A stretch of 64,000 nucleotides of DNA from Acidimicrobiales bacterium (GCA_044239895.1 JBIIAM010000001.1:478401-542400), one strand, 5' to 3'; positions 48,404 through 57,838 are shown, counted from the stretch's first letter. The notes: a model not told the origin generated them from the sequence alone. Translations and numbers: made by a program.

Positions 48404-48804
48404 CGGGTCACCCCCTGAGCAAGGATCGTCGAAGGAGCCGGGGTGATGAGACGGAACCACACATAGAAATGTGTCGGATCCGAATCAGTCGGGTCGTTGC
48501 CGTACTCGGCCTCCCACCGCTCACCCACAACAACACCCGACATGCGCAAGGACTCAAGACGTCGGCGATAGGAGTTCCGCAGATCAGAAGCCATCTGCGA
48601 AGCCGAAGCCTTCGTCAACGGCTCAGTCATACGAAACCAAACACCCGGCTTCACCCGAGCCATCGACAACCGCTCAGGCCACGTCCCCCGACGGGAACAA
48701 CCAGAACGGCCAATCTTCGGCGGAATCGACTCCACCGCAGCCGGAACCGTCACTTTTGACGCAGGCGGGTTGGATGGAAAGGAAAGCGTTACTTCGTGAT
48801 GCAT
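48400..48804 (-). CDS. hypothetical protein translationally coupled to the Cas4-like nuclease
   Basis: The ORF is 134 aa; an alternative start at M48 (position 48663) would give 87 aa. I recognised no motif. The ATGA overlap with the downstream gene supports expression. Confidence 0.4.
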   Translation of the reverse strand: MHHEVTLSFPSNPPASKVTVPAAVESIPPKIGRSGCSRRGTWPERLSMARVKPGVWFRMTEPLTKASASQMASDLRNSYRRRLESLRMSGVVVGERWEAEYGNDPTDSDPTHFYVWFRLITPAPSTILAQGVTR

Positions 48805-48900
48805 AGGAATCCCCTTTCAGGGCTTGTGTGTGTATGTACTCAAACGAAGATAGCGTCGAGTATGAACGAACACAACCCCTAGGCCAACTAATCTCTCCCC

Positions 48901-49116
48901 ATGGGGAGAAAGGTCGATGTCGACCTACTGGTGGATGCCACAGCGATCGCCGAACGCATGGGCTTTGCGCGACCCCAGGCAGTGCATAACTGGCGCGCTC
49001 GATACCCGGAATTCCCGAAGCCGGTCGCCGAGTTTGGTAAGTCAACCCTCTGGTACTGGCCTGATGTCGAGGAGTGGCTTCGCAAGACCGGCCGTCTCAA
49101 TGGGCGTCTAGCCTGA
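48901..49116 (+). CDS. small helix-turn-helix DNA-binding protein (AlpA/excisionase/MerR-like)
   Basis: 71 aa. The pattern [32 protein letters not shown]......[10 protein letters not shown] is typical of small HTH proteins heading island or R-M operons. Confidence 0.55.
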   Translation: MGRKVDVDLLVDATAIAERMGFARPQAVHNWRARYPEFPKPVAEFGKSTLWYWPDVEEWLRKTGRLNGRLA

Positions 49117-49132
49117 CGGGGTAATTCCCGAT

Positions 49133-50725
49133 TTGGCGGAGTTAGGCGCGAGAGGCAGGACAGTTCCAGTGGCATCACCGAAGGTGGACATCCAGGACAT
49201 CGAGAACCGCTTGTGGGATGCGGCCGATGAACTCCGGGCCAATTCAAATCTGAAGGAGTCTGAGTATTCCGTTCCGGTCCTTGGGCTGATCTTCCTCAAG
49301 TACGCCGACAGCCGGTTCTCGGCGCTCGAAGCCGAACTCGAAGGTAAGGGCAGCGGTCGTCGCAAGATCGGTAAGACCGACTATCAGGCTCGCGGCGTCA
49401 TGTACCTCCCGCCCGACGCCCGCTTCTCCACGCTGCTCGAACTGGCTGAAGGCGACGATCTCGGCCAAGCCCTTAACGACGCAATGGCTGCGATCGAACG
49501 CGAGAACGACGACCTTAAGGGTGTGTTGCCGCGTAGTTATAAGGCCCTCACGAACGCCACGCTCACAACGTTGCTGCGTAATGTGAACTCAATCCTCGGT
49601 GACATCGACGGCGACGCGTTCGGCAAGGTCTACGAATATTTCCTCGGCAGGTTCGCTATGGCCGAAGGCCGGAAGGGTGGGCAGTTCTTCACGCCTACCT
49701 CACTCGTACAACTCATTGTCGAGATCATCGAACCGTTTAGCGGAAAGATCTACGACCCGGCCTGTGGCTCGGGTGGCATGTTCGTGCAAAGCGCACGATT
49801 CGTCGACGAACACCGCCAAGGCGCAACCGACAAACTCTCCGTGTACGGACAAGAACGCGTCGGCGAAACCGTCAACCTCTGCCGCATGAACCTCGCAGTT
49901 CACGGCCTGGGTGGACAGGTGCGACAAGGCAACACCTACTACGAAGATCCCTACGACTCAGTCGGCCAGTTCGACTACGTGATGGCGAACCCGCCGTTCA
50001 ACGTCAACAAGATCGACAAGACCAAACTCGTCGATGACCCCCGCTTCCCGCTGGGGCTGCCGAAGGCCGACAACGGCAACTACCTGTGGATCCAGCTGTT
50101 CCACAGTTCGCTCAGCGAGAAGGGCCGGGCCGGGTTCGTTATGGCGAATTCTGCAGCCGATGCTGCAGGGTCTGAACTCGAGATCCGCCGCAAGATCATC
50201 GAAGACAAATCAGTTGATGTCATGGTCTCGATCGGGCCGAACTTCTTCTACACAGTCGCATTGCCGTGCACGCTGTGGTTCTTCGACAAGGGCAAGCGCA
50301 AGACGGACAGGGCTGACTCAGTCCTCTTCATTGACGCTCGCAAGGTCTTCAATCAGATCGATCGAGCACACCGCGACTTCAAGCCGGAGCAGATCGAGTT
50401 CCTTGCCAACATCGTGCGCCTCCATCGCGGGGAGAAGCCTGAACTCGTCGAAGGATCAGACGAACTCATGGCGGAAGCATTCCCCGATGGCAAGTACGAG
50501 GATGTCGCCGGCTTATGCAAGGTTGCAACTCTCGCAGAAATCGAAGCGCAAGGTTGGAGTCTCAACCCAGGCAGGTACGTCGGCATCGAAGCTGAAGCCG
50601 AAGATGACTTTGTTTTCGGGGAGAAACTTCGGAGCTTGGGCGAGGAGTTGGGTCAACTCACTGCTGAATCTGCTTTGCTCTCTAATCGGATATCAGAGTC
50701 CGTCGCTGAGATCTCCAGACCATGA
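49133..50725 (+). CDS. hsdM: type I restriction-modification system, DNA methyltransferase subunit
   Basis: Has an HsdM N-terminal domain ([31 protein letters not shown]), the SAM motif ([10 protein letters not shown]) and the catalytic NPPF (MANPPFN). The start codon (TTG at 49133) is uncertain. Confidence 0.9.
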   Translation: MAELGARGRTVPVASPKVDIQDIENRLWDAADELRANSNLKESEYSVPVLGLIFLKYADSRFSALEAELEGKGSGRRKIGKTDYQARGVMYLPPDARFSTLLELAEGDDLGQALNDAMAAIERENDDLKGVLPRSYKALTNATLTTLLRNVNSILGDIDGDAFGKVYEYFLGRFAMAEGRKGGQFFTPTSLVQLIVEIIEPFSGKIYDPACGSGGMFVQSARFVDEHRQGATDKLSVYGQERVGETVNLCRMNLAVHGLGGQVRQGNTYYEDPYDSVGQFDYVMANPPFNVNKIDKTKLVDDPRFPLGLPKADNGNYLWIQLFHSSLSEKGRAGFVMANSAADAAGSELEIRRKIIEDKSVDVMVSIGPNFFYTVALPCTLWFFDKGKRKTDRADSVLFIDARKVFNQIDRAHRDFKPEQIEFLANIVRLHRGEKPELVEGSDELMAEAFPDGKYEDVAGLCKVATLAEIEAQGWSLNPGRYVGIEAEAEDDFVFGEKLRSLGEELGQLTAESALLSNRISESVAEISRP

Positions 50726-51999
50726 GTGAACGAGAATCGATACCTCTGCGAGATGTTGTGGGGCGCTATATCGGCGGCGGCTGGGGAAAGGACTCCCCAA
50801 CTGAAACGCATCCGTTGCCAGCATTCGTCATTCGTGGCACAGACTTCACAGACGTGTCCTTGGGCGGACTCGGGTCTGCGCCCCTGCGGTTTCATTCGCC
50901 CTCGAACCTCAAGACTCGCCGCCTTCAGGCCGGGGACCTTCTGCTTGAGGTCTCAGGGGGCAGTCGAGATCAACCGGTTGGAAGATCGCTGCTTATTACT
51001 CCTGAAATCAGGGCGAGGTTCGATGGCGATGTCATATGCGCGAGCTTCTGCAAGCTGGTTCGACCGAATACGGACCGCATTGATCCGACTTTTTTCTTTT
51101 ACTTCCTCCAGGCAATTTACGCGGACAGAACGATTACCCAGTTCCAAGTCCAATCCACGGGAATCAGTAACTTTCAGTTCGAGGCGTTTCTTGATGAGCA
51201 GAGAATTCATCTTCCATCTTTGGAAGTTCAGCGAAGATCCGTGCGAGTGCTTCGCAATTGCGATGCGTTGATTGAGAACAATTCGCGGCGGATTGAGATT
51301 TTGGAGGAGATGGCGCAGGCGATCTATCGGGAGTGGTTCGTGGAGTTCCGGTACCCCGGCCACGAGGATGTCCCTCTCGTCGACACTGACCTTGGCCCTA
51401 TCCCCGAAGACTGGGAATGGCTACAAATTCGAGAGATCTCTTCGGAGTGCAGAACAAGTGTTGATCCAACTGGGTTGAACGCGGACGTTCCCTACTTCGG
51501 CCTTGAACATCTTCCTCAGCGATCTGTTGCACTTAGTGATTGGGGGCGTGCGTCCGAGGCGGGTAGTCGTAAGTACCAGTTTGAAGTCGGCGATATCCTC
51601 TTCGGAAAAATTCGACCTTATTTCCATAAGGTGGGGGTACCTCCGGTTGCGGGAATTTGCTCGACCGATGCGATCGTTGTGAGACCAAACGAAGGGTTCT
51701 CTGGAATCTGCCTAGCCACAGTTTCGAGTGATGCATTTGTTGCCCAGGCCGTCCAAACTTCGCAGGGCACGAAGATGCCTCGGGCAAATTGGGCAGTCCT
51801 TGAGACATACCCGGTTGCCGTTCCATCGTGTGGTCTGCTCGGAACGTTTGAGTCCTATATGGCAGACACCGTTCAGATGATTCAGACGCTGGTGATGACT
51901 AATCGGGTTCTCCGCGAAACTAGAGATCTGCTGCTTCCTCGTTTGATCTCTGGGGAGATTGATCCGTCGGGGTTGGATATCGAATTGGCGGATTCATAG
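50722..51999 (+). CDS. hsdS: type I restriction-modification system, specificity subunit
   Basis: 425 aa with two target-recognition halves separated by a conserved helical spacer ([25 protein letters not shown]). The C-terminal helix is [12 protein letters not shown]. It overlaps hsdM by 4 nt. Confidence 0.85.
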   Translation: MSERESIPLRDVVGRYIGGGWGKDSPTETHPLPAFVIRGTDFTDVSLGGLGSAPLRFHSPSNLKTRRLQAGDLLLEVSGGSRDQPVGRSLLITPEIRARFDGDVICASFCKLVRPNTDRIDPTFFFYFLQAIYADRTITQFQVQSTGISNFQFEAFLDEQRIHLPSLEVQRRSVRVLRNCDALIENNSRRIEILEEMAQAIYREWFVEFRYPGHEDVPLVDTDLGPIPEDWEWLQIREISSECRTSVDPTGLNADVPYFGLEHLPQRSVALSDWGRASEAGSRKYQFEVGDILFGKIRPYFHKVGVPPVAGICSTDAIVVRPNEGFSGICLATVSSDAFVAQAVQTSQGTKMPRANWAVLETYPVAVPSCGLLGTFESYMADTVQMIQTLVMTNRVLRETRDLLLPRLISGEIDPSGLDIELADS

Positions 52000-52001
52000 G
52001 C

Positions 52002-55000
52002 ATGAGTGCGTTCCGTAAGACCGAGGATGTTCTGGTCGAGAAGCCGGCAATTGAGCTGATGGCTCAGTTGGGTTGGACGACGGTCGATGCGATGACCGAG
52101 GTCCATGGTCCGGACGGAACTTTGGGTCGAGACAACCAGGGTGAGGTTGTGCTTACTCGTCACCTTCGTGATGCGTTAAGGCGGTTGAATCCGAAACTTC
52201 CAGACGAAGCAATTTCTCTCGCTGTCGCTGAACTTTCTCGTGATCGATCGGTGATGAACGAGGTCGTTGCCAACCGCGAGCTGTACCAGTTGATGAAAGA
52301 TGGCGTCACTGTCGAGGTTCGCAACGACAAAGGCGCCACCGTGACCGAACGGGTCCGAGTTATCGATTGGGCCGATCCGTCAGCGAATGAGTTCTTGCTT
52401 GTGTCGCAGTTGTGGGTGACAGGACCGTTCCATACGCGTCGTGCTGATCTGATCGGGTTCGTGAACGGTCTGCCGTTGGTGTTCATTGAGTTGAAGGCCT
52501 CGCAGAAGAAGATTGAGGACGCCTACAACAACAACCTCACTGATTACCGGGACACGATCCCGGCACTGTTCATTCCGAACGCTTTCATCATCTTGTCCAA
52601 CGGCATCGAATCGAAAGTTGGTTCGATTACTGCTGGGTGGGAGCACTTCACGGAGTGGAAGAAAATCGATGAGGAATCTGAACCGGGTGTGATTTCGCTT
52701 GAGACGATGCTTCGTGGCACTTGTGACCCGGCCCGGCTGTTGGATCTGGTCGAGAACTTCATCGCCTATCAGGACAAAGCCGGTGGTGTCGTCAAGTTGA
52801 TGGCGAGAAACCATCAGTACCTGGGCGTGAACAATGCGATTGAACGGCTCCGCGAAACCCGCACCGCCCCTGAGGCTGAGCGAGGTCGCTTGGGTGTGTT
52901 CTGGCACACCCAGGGTTCGGGCAAGACCCTGTCGATGCTGTTTTTCTCGCAGAAGATCCTTCGCAAGATTGCCGGGAACTGGACGTTCGTAGTTGTCACC
53001 GACCGAACCCAACTTGATGATCAGGCCTACCGGGAGTTCACCGAAGCCGGTGTGCTGACCGAAGGCCATGTTCAGGCCACAAGCAGTGAGAACTTGCGTC
53101 AGTTGTTGGGTGAGGATCACCGCTATGTGTTCACGTTGATCCAGAAGTTTCAGACCGGCCGGTTCGATGAGTTCCCGATGCTGTCGGATCGCTCAGACAT
53201 CATCGTGATCAATGACGAAGCCCATCGTTCGCAGTATGACACGCTGGCGTTGAACATGCGCAACGCGTTGCCGAACGCTTCGTTTCTCGGCTTCACCGGT
53301 ACACCGCTGATCGCCGGGGAGGAACGCACACGCGAAGTCTTCGGTGATTACGTCTCGATCTACGACTTTGGCGATTCGATCCGTGATGGTTCAACGGTTC
53401 CGCTCTTCTACGAAAACCGCATTCCCGAACTGCAGTTATCGAATGAGAACTTCGACGTCGAACTCGAACGAATCCTCGAAGAGGCTGAACTCGACGAAGA
53501 GCAAGAAGAAAAACTGGCCCGCTTGTTTGCCAAGCAATATCAGCTCGTCACGCGTGAGGAACGGCTCGAACGGGTCGCCGCTGATCTTGTCGAGCACTTC
53601 TTGGGCCGCGGATTCCAGGGCAAAGCCATAGTCATCTCGATCGACAAGGCCACCACCGTGCGCATGTTCGACAAGGTGACCGCCAAGTGGCAGGAACGTC
53701 TTGCTACGAACCGGACTCGACTTCTCGATGCAAATTTGGGTGGTGACGAGCGCGCGCTGCTGGAAGCCGAAGTCGCCTACATGGCTGAGACTGACATGGC
53801 TGTGGTCGTGTCACAGTCACAGAACGAAATCCTTGAGATGCGGCGCAAAGGCCTCGACATCATTCCGCATCGCAAACGGATGGTTGAAGAGAACCTCGAA
53901 AAGAAGTTCAAAGACTCCAAGGACCCGTTCCGCCTCGCATTCGTCTGTGCCATGTGGACCACCGGTTTCGATGTGCCGTCCTGTTCGACGATCTATCTCG
54001 ACAAGCCGATGAAGAACCACACCCTCATGCAGACGATCACCCGGGCGAACCGGGTGTTCCCCGAGAAGAACAACGGTCTGATCGTCGACTACATCGGGGT
54101 GTTCCGCAGTCTCGAAGCAGCCCTTGCCATTTACGCAGCCCCGCGTGGCGGGGGAGAGACACCGGTCGGGCCGAAGACCGAACTGGTCGCAGCGCTGCGG
54201 GCAACGATCGACAACGCCGTTGCGTTCTGCACATCACATGGGATCGATGTCGACTCGTTCAAGAAACTCGAAGGCTTCGCAGTTATCGCCGCTGGCGAGA
54301 ATGCAGTCGAAGTCCTGATCAGCGATGAGGACACGAAGAACACGTTCCTTGCCCACGCCCGACTCGTGAACCGTCTATTCAAAGCGATCCTCCCCGATCA
54401 GGCAGCCAACGAGTTCGGTCCCACCCGGGCCGTTCTCAACTACATCGCCGAACTGATCCTGAACCTGAAACCCAACGTCGACGTCTCACACGTCCTCGGT
54501 CAGATCGAGAAACTCCTTGACGAGTCAGTCGCTGCAAACGCATACGTAATCCGTGCACCGACCCAAGGTGCCAATACTTCACTCATCGACCTGAACCAGG
54601 TTGACTGGGAACTGCTGGCGAAGAAGTTCGCAGCCGGCAGGAAGCGAACCGAGGCGGCGAAGCTTCAGGCGAACATCGAGTTGAAGGTCAATGCTCTCGC
54701 CCGGGTAAACCCCACGCGTGCTGACTGGGTCGAGAAATTTCAGCAACTCATCAGCGAGTACAACAACGGATCTGTCAACGTTGAAGAGTTCTTCAAGCGA
54801 CTCGTGGAGTTCACTCAGCAACTCAACGAAGAGGAACGCCGGGGGCTCGCCGAGAACCTCAGCGAGGAACAACTCGCCGTCTACGACCTGCTCATGCGAC
54901 CGGCCCCCGAACTCACTGAGGCTGAGAAGAAGCAGGTCAAGCAGGTCGCCGAATCGTTGCTTGAACTACTCAAGCGAGAGAAACTCGTTTTGGACTGGCG

Positions 55001-55169
55001 CAAGGAACAACAAGCGCGCGCTGCTGTACGTCTCGCAGTTGAAGAGACCCTCGACCAGTTGCCTGAGAAGTTCGGCACTGGTCTTTACGCAGAGAAGTGT
55101 GATCTCGTCTACCAGCATGTGTTCGACAGCTACTGGGACGACGGCAAGAACGTCTATTCAGTTGCGTGA
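52002..55169 (+). CDS. hsdR: type I restriction endonuclease, R subunit
   Basis: 1055 aa with an N-terminal nuclease region, an SF2 helicase Walker A (HTQGSGKTLSM) and a DEAH box (VINDEAHRSQ). Later helicase motifs are also present (TGTPL, QTITRANR). Confidence 0.9.
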   Translation: MSAFRKTEDVLVEKPAIELMAQLGWTTVDAMTEVHGPDGTLGRDNQGEVVLTRHLRDALRRLNPKLPDEAISLAVAELSRDRSVMNEVVANRELYQLMKDGVTVEVRNDKGATVTERVRVIDWADPSANEFLLVSQLWVTGPFHTRRADLIGFVNGLPLVFIELKASQKKIEDAYNNNLTDYRDTIPALFIPNAFIILSNGIESKVGSITAGWEHFTEWKKIDEESEPGVISLETMLRGTCDPARLLDLVENFIAYQDKAGGVVKLMARNHQYLGVNNAIERLRETRTAPEAERGRLGVFWHTQGSGKTLSMLFFSQKILRKIAGNWTFVVVTDRTQLDDQAYREFTEAGVLTEGHVQATSSENLRQLLGEDHRYVFTLIQKFQTGRFDEFPMLSDRSDIIVINDEAHRSQYDTLALNMRNALPNASFLGFTGTPLIAGEERTREVFGDYVSIYDFGDSIRDGSTVPLFYENRIPELQLSNENFDVELERILEEAELDEEQEEKLARLFAKQYQLVTREERLERVAADLVEHFLGRGFQGKAIVISIDKATTVRMFDKVTAKWQERLATNRTRLLDANLGGDERALLEAEVAYMAETDMAVVVSQSQNEILEMRRKGLDIIPHRKRMVEENLEKKFKDSKDPFRLAFVCAMWTTGFDVPSCSTIYLDKPMKNHTLMQTITRANRVFPEKNNGLIVDYIGVFRSLEAALAIYAAPRGGGETPVGPKTELVAALRATIDNAVAFCTSHGIDVDSFKKLEGFAVIAAGENAVEVLISDEDTKNTFLAHARLVNRLFKAILPDQAANEFGPTRAVLNYIAELILNLKPNVDVSHVLGQIEKLLDESVAANAYVIRAPTQGANTSLIDLNQVDWELLAKKFAAGRKRTEAAKLQANIELKVNALARVNPTRADWVEKFQQLISEYNNGSVNVEEFFKRLVEFTQQLNEEERRGLAENLSEEQLAVYDLLMRPAPELTEAEKKQVKQVAESLLELLKREKLVLDWRKEQQARAAVRLAVEETLDQLPEKFGTGLYAEKCDLVYQHVFDSYWDDGKNVYSVA

Positions 55170-55221
55170 ATCCATCAAACTATAAATTACGGGTACCGTC
55201 GAACGGCTGTGAGGTGAAGAT

Positions 55222-55944
55222 ATGTGGAATAGATACAAAGGTAAGGATCTTTCCGGCAAAGATTTCAGTCGTGCTCACCTTCAGGAGAAAGACTTTTCAG
55301 GGTCAGACCTGTCGGGCGCGGACTTCACTGAAGCAGATCTTGCGCGGGCCGACCTGCGAGGCGCCAACCTGCGAGGCGCCAATCTTTCAGGCGCTCAACT
55401 GTCATTGACGTTGATGTGGGGGGCAAACCTTTCAGGGGCGAACCTGGAGAATTGTTATCTATACAGAGTGAGTTGGCATGATCTGAACCTGTCGGGAGCA
55501 AACCTCACGGGGGCGAACTTAGAAAGAGCGAATTTGGGGAGTTCCGACTTAACGAACGCGGTCTTTAAAAATGTCAATCTGACTTTTGCTGATTTATCGG
55601 GTGCAACTGTTAGAGGCGCCGACTTCACCGGCGCAAATTTGCATTGGGTCAATCTTGACCGAGTAGTCGCAAGTCCCCAGGAACTAGCGAAACTTTCGGA
55701 GTTAAAGGAATTAGGTGAACCACCTAAAGTTGCGAAGCCAAAACCGCTTTCCGGTTCGAGTTCACCGAAAACGGGATTCACTAGCCATGAGCATCAAAAT
55801 CCGAATCGTTCGCCTTATGCCGACGATCCGATTTATGACCGGTACTACACACATTGGGGTCAGGAAGGCCGGGAATTCGATTGGTGGATTGATCGTGAGT
55901 GCCCCCATCGCATCCGGATCCAGGATTGTGGAAACTGCTATTAA
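55222..55944 (+). CDS. pentapeptide-repeat protein with Cys-containing C-terminal tail
   Basis: About 170 aa of A(D/N)LxX repeats (ADLRGANLRGANLSGAQLS...), then a Pro/Lys/Ser linker. The tail ends DRECPHRIRIQDCGNCY. A GAGG sits 7 nt upstream of the ATG. Confidence 0.85.
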   Translation: MWNRYKGKDLSGKDFSRAHLQEKDFSGSDLSGADFTEADLARADLRGANLRGANLSGAQLSLTLMWGANLSGANLENCYLYRVSWHDLNLSGANLTGANLERANLGSSDLTNAVFKNVNLTFADLSGATVRGADFTGANLHWVNLDRVVASPQELAKLSELKELGEPPKVAKPKPLSGSSSPKTGFTSHEHQNPNRSPYADDPIYDRYYTHWGQEGREFDWWIDRECPHRIRIQDCGNCY

Positions 55945-55948
55945 AACG

Positions 55949-55975
55949 GAGAGCGAAAACAACGCTCTTTTGGTT
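55949..55975 (+). terminator. hairpin plus T-rich tail after the pentapeptide-repeat gene
   Basis: The stem is gagagcg-aaaacaa-cgctctt (6 bp plus one G:U), followed by tttggtt. It starts 5 nt after the stop codon. Confidence 0.5.
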
Positions 55976-56033
55976 CAGCGAATCCCCTGGGTTTGGGAGA
56001 CATGAGGGTCCCTCTCAGTGTGATGCCGGCTGC

Positions 56034-56223
56034 CGCGTTTCACTTTTGGCCGAAACGCGTTTCACCATCTATTTCTGTAAACGCTTTGACCTGCGGGTTT
56101 TGGATTACGCGCCATCCCCACGAGGGCGGGGATGGCGCGGAACGTGGCGCGAAACTCGGCGCAACGGCCCGGAAGCCATTGGAGAAGGGTAGTTCGGGGG
56201 TTCTGGGCCGGTCGAAAGTTCAG
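56034..56223 (+). repeat. island repeat, copy B (full length)
   Basis: Starts cgcgtttcacttttggccgaaacgcgtttcacc and ends ggtcgaaagttcag. It is closely similar to copy D, with scattered substitutions. Confidence 0.9.
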
Positions 56224-56252
56224 TTTGATCAGCCGGAAACTCGGGGCCGGGC

Positions 56253-56813
56253 TTATTTGCTCTCTGTGGAGCGGCGCTGTCGGTAGGAGTGGGTATTCAC
56301 CCTGTTTCCGCATCGTGATGTGTCGCACCACCGTCGAGTTCCCGGGCGTGACTCGTCATAGAAGATCAACGCGCACCCTGGTCCTTCGCACCGGCGCAGT
56401 CGACCATCGCGAAGTGCGAGCAATTCGATCGCATCGCGCGCGACTGTGCTCAACGCTGCATCGACTCCGCTTCCGTCGTACTTGAGAGCGATTGACCCGT
56501 TCGACGCAAGCTCTGGGATGTACGCAGAGCGTGCTGCGTTCCCGTTGATCACTTTTCGTTGTGACGTAGAAGGCGGCTGATCATCAACAGCCCTAGAGAG
56601 CGCTCCGAAGATTGCTTCCCGAAGTTCTTTGAACCGATCGAGATCTTGGCTATCTAATTGGCCAGAGGTCTGTAGGTCGTGGGAGGACGTCCAACTGCGC
56701 AGATCACGAGGCGTTAGCAAGAGTTCAGTCGGACTCACATTGCGATAGCGCAGTGTCCAGGTCAGGTCGATCGAGAGGCGGCTGGAGCGAAGCGAGTCGT
56801 TGGGAATGCGCAT
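56253..56813 (-). CDS. CGNR zinc-finger (ABATE-domain) protein
   Basis: The C-terminus LRRCEGPGCALIFYDESRPGTRRWCDTSRCGNRVNTHSYRQRR is the CGNR zinc-finger signature. Confidence 0.8.
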   Translation of the reverse strand: MRIPNDSLRSSRLSIDLTWTLRYRNVSPTELLLTPRDLRSWTSSHDLQTSGQLDSQDLDRFKELREAIFGALSRAVDDQPPSTSQRKVINGNAARSAYIPELASNGSIALKYDGSGVDAALSTVARDAIELLALRDGRLRRCEGPGCALIFYDESRPGTRRWCDTSRCGNRVNTHSYRQRRSTESK

Positions 56814-56816
56814 TGA

Positions 56817-57293
56817 TCAACTTCCCTTCACAAGAATCTGCGCTTCGATCTCGAGGGTGAGATTCGCAGGAAGCGAGGAGACGCCGACAGCAAGACGGCT
56901 ATGGCGGCCGGCTTCGCCAAAGACTTCGACAAGAACGTCTGACGCTGCGTCAATCACCGAAGTGTGTTCGACGAACTGCGGCATTGCATTCACTACGCCG
57001 TAGACCCGCACTACTTGTTCGACGCGGTCGAGCGATCCGAGCGCATCGCGAATGGTCGCCAACATGTTGATCGCAGCTGAACGCGCCGCTTCCCGAGCTT
57101 CGTCGGCGGTGGTGTCCTCGCCGCATCGCCCTGCGTGAAGTGTTCCGTCTGGTCGGGTACCGAAGTGTCCACCGACCCAAAGGACATCTCGTGCCAAAAC
57201 CGTAGGTACGTATTGGCCGAATGCGGGCAGGGGAGCAGGTAGCTCGATTCCTGTTGCTTTGAGTCGCTCCTCATGGGAATCAATCGATGTCAT
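56817..57293 (-). CDS. RidA/YjgF-family (reactive intermediate deaminase-like) protein
   Basis: The N-terminus ERLKATGIELPAPLPAFGQYVPTVLARDVLWVGGH and the C-terminal LPANLTLEIEAQILV are typical of the YjgF/RutC class. Confidence 0.8.
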   Translation of the reverse strand: MTSIDSHEERLKATGIELPAPLPAFGQYVPTVLARDVLWVGGHFGTRPDGTLHAGRCGEDTTADEAREAARSAAINMLATIRDALGSLDRVEQVVRVYGVVNAMPQFVEHTSVIDAASDVLVEVFGEAGRHSRLAVGVSSLPANLTLEIEAQILVKGS

Positions 57294-57300
57294 GAGATGG

Positions 57301-57333
57301 ACACTAGACAGAGGTTTAACCTCTGTCTAGTGT
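57301..57333. promoter_or_regulatory. 33-bp near-perfect palindrome in the ridA / DUF1272 divergent region
   Basis: acactagacagaggtt-t-aacctctgtctagtgt has 16-bp perfect arms and begins 8 nt from the ridA start codon. Two smaller hairpins follow: cccatc/gatggg at 57337-57353 and gtgat/atcac at 57353-57367. Confidence 0.6.
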
Positions 57334-57388
57334 GGACCCATCTGATTGATGGGTGATCGAGAATCACTGAATACGGAAGAGAAGATTG

Positions 57389-57562
57389 ATGCTTGAAATG
57401 CGTAAGTCCTGCGAACGGTGTGAAGCGCCGCTAGCGGCCGATGGTGTTGCCGTGATTTGCAGCTTTGAATGCACGTTCTGCACGAACTGTGGTGGTGAAC
57501 TCGAAAATCGCTGTCCCAACTGCGGCGGCGAACTCGTTAGTCGTCCCCGACGGGCGGCGTAA
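57389..57562 (+). CDS. DUF1272-like small zinc-ribbon protein
   Basis: 57 aa, below the ORF-track cutoff: MLEMRKSCERCEAPLAADGVAVICSFECTFCTNCGGELENRCPNCGGELVSRPRRAA. The Cys pattern and ICSFECTFC core match my recollection of DUF1272. Confidence 0.65.
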   Translation: MLEMRKSCERCEAPLAADGVAVICSFECTFCTNCGGELENRCPNCGGELVSRPRRAA

Positions 57563-57586
57563 CCCTGGATTGAAGAAGTAGTCCAG

Positions 57587-57773
57587 CGCGTTTCACTTTT
57601 GGCCGAAACGCGTTTCACTACCTATTTGTGGAAACCCACTGACCTGCGGGTTTTGAATTACGCGCACGTCCCGCGAGCGGGGTGTGAGTGGAACCTGGCG
57701 CGAAACTCGGCGCAACGGCCCGGAAGCCATGTGGGAAGGGTAGTTCGGGGTGTATCAGGCGGTCGAAAGTTGC
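57587..57773 (+). repeat. island repeat, copy C (full length, most divergent)
   Basis: It has the same ends and order of blocks as B, D and E. The central hairpin is remodelled to cacgtcccg-cgag-cggggtgtg. Confidence 0.85.
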
Positions 57774-57838
57774 TTTGTGGTTAGGCTTTGTTTGTCGACC
57801 GGCAAAGGGTCTCTCGACTTTTAGTCGGGAGTTCTCAT

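Noticed and set aside
44757-55169. The first island module as a prophage or conjugative element.
   Set aside because: I saw no capsid, portal, terminase, tail, lysis, relaxase, FtsK/Tra-like or replication-initiator genes. The content is recombinase-like genes, a nuclease and an R-M system only.
56034-56130. The left half of the repeat as a functional tRNA or tmRNA-like gene.
   Set aside because: Read on the reverse strand, it keeps only the acceptor 5' strand and a GGGGAT D-loop remnant. I could fold no T arm (no GTTCRANYC), no proper anticodon arm and no 3' acceptor strand. At best it is a decayed relic.
55993-56286. ORFs running through the island repeats: 44509-44721, 55899-56192, 55993-56286, 57599-57784, 63714-63902. 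They give similar peptides (LLAETRFTTYFCKPVDLRVLNYAPSPRG...).
   Set aside because: The similarity is a by-product of the DNA repeat. Differences between copies include indels that break the frame and mostly non-synonymous changes in the right half. One of these ORFs runs antisense through the genuine tRNA, and none has an RBS or start context.
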